Shown here piece after piece: positions 23,359-29,245 of a DNA stretch of 32,000 nucleotides; the stretch's first letter is position 1; each line of letters opens with the position of its first letter. Source of the DNA: Candidatus Saccharimonadota bacterium. Its GTDB lineage: Archaea > Micrarchaeota > Micrarchaeia > Micrarchaeales > Micrarchaeaceae. The position numbers were made by a program, and so were the translations under genes. The notes beneath the pieces were generated by a model. That model made no database searches and was not told the DNA's origin. It saw nothing but the letters and a program-made list of their open reading frames with translations. The stretch spans positions 780,001 through 812,000 of the forward strand of contig AP024486.1 of assembly GCA_021654395.1 (NCBI GenBank), read 5' to 3'.

Positions 23359-24747
23359 CTACTTGACAGCCAGATGGTTGGCATGTGTTACTATATGTAA
23401 GTGAACAACTGCCTTGGCTTGTACCGCTAACACAAGAGTAGAGGGTATAACAGTATACACCTGCACGTACACAGCTACCTTTGACACAAAAATCAAAAAC
23501 TGTATAGCTTCCAGACGTACAGTAAGTACTGTTGTTGATGAAGTTGATGTAGTCGATGTTGTAGATATAGAGGTTGTAGTAGAATAGCATACATAACCTG
23601 CTGTGATTCCACCAGGGCAGTGGTTTTGTGCTTGATAAGGGCAGCTTGAAGGGCAGCCAGAACATATAAATCTATGCTGTGCACAGCTGTATGAAGTCTC
23701 ACCACAGCTACACACTGGCAGTGTTGAGAGTGATGAAGTTGACGAACTAGATGAAGTTGACGACGTTGAAGTTGTTGAAGAAGTCGATGTTGTAGAAGAT
23801 GTAGAGGTTGTCGATGTAGTAGTTGTTGTAGTTGTAGAAGTTGTCGTAAAGGTAATTACCGTTGGACCCAGAGTTGACGTAGTCGTAGTAGTTGTAGAGG
23901 TTGTAGATATAGTAGGAATTGTTGTAGATGTAGAAGAGGTAGATGTAGAGGTTGTTGGAGATGTTGTAGATGTAGATGATGTAGAAGTTGATGTTGTTGG
24001 AGATGTTGTAGAAGTTGATGTTGTTGGAGATGTTGTAGATGTAGATGATGTGGATGTAGATAATGAAGACGTTGTTGATGTAGTAGATGTAGTTGTCTGT
24101 ATAGAGGTTGTTGAGATACTTGTAGATAAAGATGTTGTTGCTGATGTAGATATAGATGTAGTTGGTATAGATGTAGTAGAGCTTGTTGTAGTTATGCTAA
24201 CAGCTGCTGTATGCAGTGTAAGAGATATAGCTGCGCTATTAGGAAATCCGTTATTAAGATCATAATACTTTATAACAACATATCCTGAGTATAATGAGCC
24301 TGTTGGCTGAGCATATAGCTTATTATTATAATAGCAGTTAACCTCTAGATCTACTGACTGACCTGGTGCTAATGTAACCTGTGGGGTTACATTCTGAAAT
24401 ACTAGATTGTTTTGACTATTTGAGCATGCTATAGCTGTTATATTTATTGGATACTGCTCATTAGATGTTATCCTTACTAATGCTCTGCCCGAAGTATTCA
24501 GCAATGCTTCGTTGCATTGAAAGCTGCTCTGAGCTATACATGAATTTGATACAAATGATGTAGAGTTAAATACATGCAGATAGAGCAGGATAACAAGTAT
24601 AGCTGCTATTATTATTAATGCCCATCCATAAGTTATTAAGAAATCTAGTGCTGCTTGCTGCCTTTTATTCTTATTGCTAACTCTTGCTTTAATGCTATAT
24701 GCTTTATTCTTATTATTTATGCTTCTTGCTTTACTGCTTCTTCTCAT
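23359..24747 (-). CDS. Type IV pilin-like surface protein: long basic leader, class III signal motif, pilin head, very long Ser/Thr stalk, Cys-rich C-terminal module (apparent frame break near 23516-23550)
   Basis: RQQAALDFLITYGWALIIIAAILVILLYLHVF plus a head domain paralogous to the 87-2309 product (C-x8-C, AIACS, VNCYY). About 160 aa are nearly pure S/T/P. The C-terminal CSCGETSYSCAQHRFICSGCPSSCPYQAQNHCPGG continues more convincingly in the overlapping frame (23354-23665 ORF). Confidence 0.75.
   Translation of the reverse strand: MRRSSKARSINNKNKAYSIKARVSNKNKRQQAALDFLITYGWALIIIAAILVILLYLHVFNSTSFVSNSCIAQSSFQCNEALLNTSGRALVRITSNEQYPINITAIACSNSQNNLVFQNVTPQVTLAPGQSVDLEVNCYYNNKLYAQPTGSLYSGYVVIKYYDLNNGFPNSAAISLTLHTAAVSITTTSSTTSIPTTSISTSATTSLSTSISTTSIQTTTSTTSTTSSLSTSTSSTSTTSPTTSTSTTSPTTSTSTSSTSTTSPTTSTSTSSTSTTIPTISTTSTTTTTTSTLGPTVITFTTTSTTTTTTTSTTSTSSTTSTSSTTSTSSTSSSSSTSSLSTLPVCSCGETSYSCAQHRFICSGCPSSCPYQAQNHCPGGITAGYVCYSTTTSISTTSTTSTSSTTVLTVRLEAIQFLIFVSKVAVYVQVYTVIPSTLVLAVQAKAVVHLHIVTHANHLAVK
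23722..24198 (-). repeat. Ser/Thr/Pro-rich tandemly reiterated coding tract (stalk) with near-identical TSPTTSTSTSSTST units
   Basis: Protein: ...STSSTSTTSPTTSTSTTSPTTSTSTSSTSTTSPTTSTSTSSTSTT... The + strand shows reiterated GTTGATGTTGTTGGAGATGTTGTAGA units around 23940-24060. Confidence 0.85.
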
Positions 24748-24796
24748 CGATTATCATTTATAAGTAAATATTAATAAATTTTTATATTTTTTAGTA

Positions 24797-24868
24797 TGGG
24801 CCTGCGGAGAGTCGAACTCCGATCTCTACCGTGTGAGGGTAGCGTCTTAACCGTTGGACTACAGGCCC
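24797..24868 (-). tRNA. tRNA-Val (anticodon CAC); CCA not encoded
   Basis: Reverse complement folds as follows. Acceptor GGGCCTG/CAGGCCC plus discriminator A. D arm GTCC-AACGGTTA-AGAC. Anticodon stem CTACC/GGTAG with loop CTCACAC. T arm CGGAG-TTCGACT-CTCCG. Confidence 0.9.
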
Positions 24869-24963
24869 AATCTAATATCTGATTATTAAAAGATTACTTG
24901 TAGAAAGATATATTAATAGGAATAAACAAATTATTATTAACTTTCGGTATTAATCAGATATAG

Positions 24964-25200
24964 GTGTTAGATTTGAGAGGAAGAGAGACCATAGTAATAT
25001 GCGATGCTTGTGGTAGAAAGATTCCTAGAAATAAAGCAGTTGCTGTAGAGAAACCTATAAACTTAGGAGTTAGTGGGGATCTAGGAAATGTAAGATTATT
25101 CGAAAAGAGGAAGGTTTATTACTGTATAAGCTGTGCTAAGCATAGAGGTATATTCGAGATGAAGAAGAGGATGAATAGAAAGGAAGAGAGATATGAATAA
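24964..25200 (+). CDS. rps26e: 30S ribosomal protein S26e
   Basis: VICDACGRKIPRNKAVAVEK...YYCISCAKHRGI matches the S26e pattern (V.CD.CG..VP.DKA...K.....YC.SCA.H..I). Basic C-terminus. The start is either GTG 24964 or TTG 24973, after a GGTG element. Confidence 0.7.
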   Translation: MLDLRGRETIVICDACGRKIPRNKAVAVEKPINLGVSGDLGNVRLFEKRKVYYCISCAKHRGIFEMKKRMNRKEERYE

Positions 25201-26002
25201 TGACTCGAATGAGTCAGAGTTAGCCATAATAAAAAATAGAAGAAATCCAGAAGAAGATGCTAATAGATATCTTAATATCATAAACTCTTATTTTGTAAAT
25301 CAGAGGGCATCTTCTCAGAAAAAAGCGGTTAAGAGCCAAGTAGCTAAGCAATCTGTAAGCAAAGAGCAGAAGAAGAAGCTCACAGCAAACCAGAAGAAAA
25401 GGAGAATAGATGCTGCGAATAAGGTCTGTGTGTGGCATCCTTGGCGCAGAGCATATGCTATATGTGCTTATTGCAATAGAGCATTCTGCTATGAAGATCT
25501 AGAAGAGCTTAATGGAGATTATTACTGTCTAGAGGATGTAAATAAGGTAGCCTTTGAAAGCCAGCAGAATTTAGACTTTAATAAGCTATACCTGCTTGGA
25601 AGTATACTGCTTGTATCATTAATATTTGTATACTCGTTTATACTACCAAGCTCATTAAATAGCATAATAGATATTATAACATCGTCTAATCTTAATGTTA
25701 TAGTACAAAAGATATTATCTTTTAATCTACCAATAATAATACTAATATTAACTTATCTACTATTATCTATAAGCTTTATTAGCGGATTAATAACATTAGT
25801 AATACCCGAGAAAGGATATGCTATCTCTATAGCTATAGCGCTTCTAGAGTTTGGATTATTTTTATATAACTATGTAAATACCCTAACGTTAGGTTATCTT
25901 ATAGCTGCTATTATATCTATTATAGCATTAGTAAGCATGGCTGCTTCAAAGAAAGGATCATCTATAGCTGCAGAGACAGCAGGCAGCAGTGCAGTATACT
26001 AA
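25193..26002 (+). CDS. Membrane protein with basic N-terminal region, B-box-like Cys/His zinc finger and about 4 C-terminal TM helices
   Basis: CVWHPWRRAYAICAYCNRAFCYEDLEELNGDYYC (C-x2-H-x7-C-x2-C-x4-C-x12-C), followed by hydrophobic spans (LYLLGSILLVSLIFVYSFIL, etc.). The ATG overlaps the S26e gene end by 8 nt. Confidence 0.7.
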   Translation: MNNDSNESELAIIKNRRNPEEDANRYLNIINSYFVNQRASSQKKAVKSQVAKQSVSKEQKKKLTANQKKRRIDAANKVCVWHPWRRAYAICAYCNRAFCYEDLEELNGDYYCLEDVNKVAFESQQNLDFNKLYLLGSILLVSLIFVYSFILPSSLNSIIDIITSSNLNVIVQKILSFNLPIIILILTYLLLSISFISGLITLVIPEKGYAISIAIALLEFGLFLYNYVNTLTLGYLIAAIISIIALVSMAASKKGSSIAAETAGSSAVY

Positions 26003-26080
26003 ATACCTTAAATAAAATAAAAGTATTAAAAAGCTTTATAATACTTAAATCTATAAGGTATTAATTATAGGTGCTTGATA

Positions 26081-26422
26081 ATGCTTGGATCAGAGCTTAT
26101 ATCTCAAGAGCCAGTATCAGTTGTTGAAGTATTAGAGATCTTAGAGAAGATAGAAAGCAGATATGGATTGAGCTATGAGCAGAAGCTATTAAAGGACTAT
26201 ATAAAAGCTATAGATATAGATTTTAGATACTCAAAGAGGCTGTTAGAGACTGCTATAAATGAGAATATTAATAAAGATATCGCTACAAAGCTATCGGAGC
26301 TTGGAGAGCTCGCATTCAATGAAGCAGTGATAAAGCAAGCAGCTATCCCTATAAAAGATCTCTCTGAAAAGGATATATCAAAGATAGTATCTATAAAAAG
26401 CAAAGTGGAGGTTAATGAGTAA
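26081..26422 (+). CDS. rpoF: DNA-directed RNA polymerase subunit Rpo4 (RpoF)
   Basis: About 113 aa, acidic, composition suggests helical. N-terminal PVSVVEVLEILEKIE...SYEQKLLKDYI and DIATKLSELG...LSEKDISKIVSI resemble archaeal subunit F. Sits immediately upstream of DUF655, a conserved archaeal pairing. ATG at 26081 follows AGGTG; the track start is TTG 26075. Confidence 0.6.
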   Translation: MLGSELISQEPVSVVEVLEILEKIESRYGLSYEQKLLKDYIKAIDIDFRYSKRLLETAINENINKDIATKLSELGELAFNEAVIKQAAIPIKDLSEKDISKIVSIKSKVEVNE

Positions 26423-26440
26423 GATTAAAGAGGTGATACC

Positions 26441-27022
26441 ATGCATAAGGAAGAAGACAGAAGAGAGCAGAGTAGAAAAGAGGATTATGCTAGAGTACTC
26501 GATTACTTGCCTACTGGCAAGTCTTTTTCTAGAAATCCAGAGCCATTAGTACAGCTTATTGGAGAGTCTTACTTTACGCTTCTTGAAGCAATGCCAAAGA
26601 TTGGCATCTCTTTAAATCTTAATGAAAGAGTCTATATAGGAAATACTGAGAATAGAGAGAAGATAAGCATAATAAAGAGAAGGATATCTTACGATGAGCT
26701 TACACAGACTGCATTGACTCAGCTTTATACATCAATAAGAGATATTGTAGCATCAAATGAGGCAAGATTTGTTAACTTCTATAATACTGCACCAGCTATA
26801 AATATGAGAGAGCATTCTTTAGAGCTATTACCAGGTATTGGAAGGAAGCTGGCTAATAAGATTATAGAAGAAAGAGAGAAGAAGCCTTTTGAAAGCTTTA
26901 AGGAGCTAGAGAATAGAACAGGTATACCAGACCCTATAAAGCCTGTTGTTGAAAGAGTAGTACAAGAGCTAAAGGGTAATGAGAAGCTCTATCTATTTGT
27001 AAATCCTTTTATAAAAAGATAA
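26441..27022 (+). CDS. DUF655 family protein (archaeal conserved, OB/HhH putative nucleic-acid-binding protein)
   Basis: EDYARVLDYLPTGKS...PLVQLIGESYFTLLEA...ERVYIG...ISYDELT...ARFVNFYNTAPAINMREHSLELLPGIGRKLANKIIEEREKKPFESF matches the DUF655 pattern along its full length. GAGGTG SD-like element upstream. Confidence 0.85.
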   Translation: MHKEEDRREQSRKEDYARVLDYLPTGKSFSRNPEPLVQLIGESYFTLLEAMPKIGISLNLNERVYIGNTENREKISIIKRRISYDELTQTALTQLYTSIRDIVASNEARFVNFYNTAPAINMREHSLELLPGIGRKLANKIIEEREKKPFESFKELENRTGIPDPIKPVVERVVQELKGNEKLYLFVNPFIKR

Positions 27023-27035
27023 GAAGTCAGTAGTA

Positions 27036-27320
27036 TTACTCTAAGCGTTTTAGATCTACTGGATGAAGCATCAGATACTTGCTAACAGATCCTTCTTTGA
27101 TCTCTACTACGTATGCTCTACCTCTCTTTTCTACTATCCTTCCAACTTTTCCTTTGAATCTTGCATGTATCTTTATATCTGGAGATCTTGGAAAGATTAT
27201 TGCTTTGTCTCCTATATTAAAGCTCTTTATATACTCGTATATGCTTACCTGAGATGGCTTTACATTACTAAATATATTTCTAGATCTACCTGCTATTATA
27301 CCCTTTGATCCCTTTCCCAT
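27036..27320 (-). CDS. rpl21e: 50S ribosomal protein L21e
   Basis: GKGSKG...GRSRNIFS...FNIGDKAIIFPRSPDIKIHARFKGKVGRIVEKRGRAYVVEIKEG is the L21e pattern (SH3-like core, H.RFHGK.G.V). 94 aa. Confidence 0.9.
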   Translation of the reverse strand: MGKGSKGIIAGRSRNIFSNVKPSQVSIYEYIKSFNIGDKAIIFPRSPDIKIHARFKGKVGRIVEKRGRAYVVEIKEGSVSKYLMLHPVDLKRLE

Positions 27321-27367
27321 CTATATCACTATAAGAGATCTTTTAATACAAGATATATTTAAAAGCT

Positions 27368-28201
27368 TTAATCTAGCTGCTCAAATGTGCTAAGATTTAC
27401 GGCTACATGATAGTTAGATATGCTGCTTGGTAATCTATTATAAGGGTTACTTATACCTTGCTTTAAGAATGCAATCTCTAATGTTAGATTCTGATTCTGC
27501 TTTAATGGCTCGTTTAAGAGTACATAAAAACTTGCAGAGCTTGATGTATTTGAGCAGCCAGATACACAAGTGCTTAGTAATGGTGTATAGTTATTTAAGA
27601 ATACTATATTGCTTAAGCTGCTGCTCTCTATATCTGTATAGTTCTTAGGATCTATAGTAAATGATACTGCCGCATCTGCTGGTATAATTGGATAATCTGT
27701 ATCTTTTATGCTTATAAGCTGCAATGCTATGGCGCTTGTATAGTTATCTTCTATATGAAGCTGCTTTATGAATAGATTGTCTGTTTGGTTTATATAAAGC
27801 ATAGCATTATATATTACAGAGATCTTATAGAAGCGATTCTGATATATAGCAATTGATTGATTTATAATAGAGATATTATAGTCTAGCTGCTTACTAAGAT
27901 TTTCTGTATACCTATGCATGCTCTGATTTATAGAGTTTGCTATAAGATACTGCGTAGTGCTATTTATCGGATAGTAGAAGTTATCTGCTACTGCTGAGTA
28001 TATCGCGCTGGTAAGCATAGATCTTATATCGCTATATATTAGATAGTAGCTACTACTAGAGTCTCTTAGCTGATATAATGCCTGCAGTGATTGACTTAGC
28101 AGTATATTCTGTAATGCGTATGTAATTATTAAGCTAAATATAATAATGAATATTATAAATATCGTTAAAGTAAAGACAAATCCTCTCTTCTTATAGATCA
28201 T
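27368..28201 (-). CDS. Prepilin-like protein 4 of the LamG operon (277 aa)
   Basis: MIYKKRGFVFTLTIFIIFIIIFSLIITYAL has a short basic N-terminus plus a G-F-x-F-T-L-like junction and a long hydrophobic helix. The remainder is Asn/Ser/Tyr-rich with many sequons. The start is 3 nt after the upstream stop. Confidence 0.7.
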   Translation of the reverse strand: MIYKKRGFVFTLTIFIIFIIIFSLIITYALQNILLSQSLQALYQLRDSSSSYYLIYSDIRSMLTSAIYSAVADNFYYPINSTTQYLIANSINQSMHRYTENLSKQLDYNISIINQSIAIYQNRFYKISVIYNAMLYINQTDNLFIKQLHIEDNYTSAIALQLISIKDTDYPIIPADAAVSFTIDPKNYTDIESSSLSNIVFLNNYTPLLSTCVSGCSNTSSSASFYVLLNEPLKQNQNLTLEIAFLKQGISNPYNRLPSSISNYHVAVNLSTFEQLD

Positions 28202-28203
28202 AC

Positions 28204-28710
28204 CTATCCAACTCTATATATAAGAACCTTATAGGCATTATTATTATAATAGACGTAGATCTCTGAGCCAGCTATAGTCTGATTTGCATATATAGATGAT
28301 ATACTCTGCTCCTCTAGGCTATTAAATCTAAGATTATAGTAGTAGCATGTACTATCTACGCATATTCCGTAGTATCTTGTATCTATTATATGCGTCTCTA
28401 TATAAGCTATAGCTAGAGGATTATTATGCTGATTTAGATATACTAGAGCATATGCTATGCTGTAATATCCAGGAACATAAGTACCATTTATTATATATCC
28501 ATCTTGATTATAAGAGTAGTTACAAGGCGCTATATAATTACAAAAGTAGTATATCTGCTCATTTAGCTGACTTACATCTTGCTTTATATTTGAATAAGGA
28601 GTATTGTACTGCTGCTCTGCAAATGCTATAGCTACAGATAATGCAGCCACTATAAGTGCTGTTACTATTAGGCTAAACAATGCATCTATACTGAATATTA
28701 TTAGTTTCAT
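28204..28710 (-). CDS. Prepilin-like protein 3 of the LamG operon (168 aa)
   Basis: MKLIIFSIDALFSLIVTALIVAALSVAIAF has a short charged N-terminus plus a hydrophobic helix, followed by a Tyr/Asn-rich extracellular-type domain with Cys pairs. It starts directly after the upstream stop (stop codon 28712-28714, start 28710). Confidence 0.7.
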   Translation of the reverse strand: MKLIIFSIDALFSLIVTALIVAALSVAIAFAEQQYNTPYSNIKQDVSQLNEQIYYFCNYIAPCNYSYNQDGYIINGTYVPGYYSIAYALVYLNQHNNPLAIAYIETHIIDTRYYGICVDSTCYYYNLRFNSLEEQSISSIYANQTIAGSEIYVYYNNNAYKVLIYRVG

Positions 28711-28711
28711 A

Positions 28712-29245
28712 CTAATCCCACAGCTCTATATAAACCTCTACAGGGTAGCTTCCAATATATGTAAGCCTTCTTTCTACATATACATCATTTGCATTCTTCG
28801 GCTTCTTTCCTATTGATATATTTATAGAGCTATTCTCCATGCCTATTATATTGATATAGTAGTTATATTGAGAGCCAAGTGCCACTTGCGTCATAGAGTA
28901 ATTAAGATTACTCATAGCTATAAGAGTATATAGCTTCTCTGGCATTATCGTATTATTGCTACCAAGTATCCCTGGAGTTATAAGAGGCCATTGCTGAGGA
29001 TCACTTAGATTTACATAATCATACCAGTTGCTTGGATATCCTTCAGAGAGTATATTGCTATATACAGATAACACAGAGTATGGAATCTCTGCCTGATTGT
29101 TATAGCTGTTGAATGAAAGATCTGTAGCTATAGAGTTATAATAGAACATAATAAAAGTTAAGCTTATTGCAAATACGGCTAATGCAACCATTATATCCAA
29201 GCTATATATCTGTAGCTTCATGTACATCTTAATCAACATCTCCAT
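28712..29245 (-). CDS. Prepilin-like protein 2 of the LamG operon (177 aa in track; probable start at 29221, MKLQIYSLD...)
   Basis: MKLQIYSLDIMVALAVFAISLTFIMFYY shares the KLQ junction seen in MKLQSAMEF of the 87-2309 gene. The maximal track ORF overlaps the 893-aa gene end by 17 nt. Confidence 0.7.
   Translation of the reverse strand: MEMLIKMYMKLQIYSLDIMVALAVFAISLTFIMFYYNSIATDLSFNSYNNQAEIPYSVLSVYSNILSEGYPSNWYDYVNLSDPQQWPLITPGILGSNNTIMPEKLYTLIAMSNLNYSMTQVALGSQYNYYINIIGMENSSINISIGKKPKNANDVYVERRLTYIGSYPVEVYIELWD

Noticed and set aside
23354-23665. 103-aa ORF as an independent gene
   Set aside because: Its N-terminal two thirds are an out-of-frame reading of the 462-aa gene. Only its C-terminal about 55 aa look like real coding sequence (Cys-rich continuation). 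I therefore treat it as evidence of a frame break rather than a separate gene. The third-frame ORF at 23493-23705 is likewise rejected.
23720-24200. Periodic GTTGTAGATGTAGA-type repeats that at first glance resemble an array (CRISPR-like or satellite)
   Set aside because: There are no unique spacers of constant length between conserved repeats. The periodicity is a multiple of 3 and translates cleanly into a Ser/Thr/Pro stalk on the minus strand, so it is a coding low-complexity repeat.
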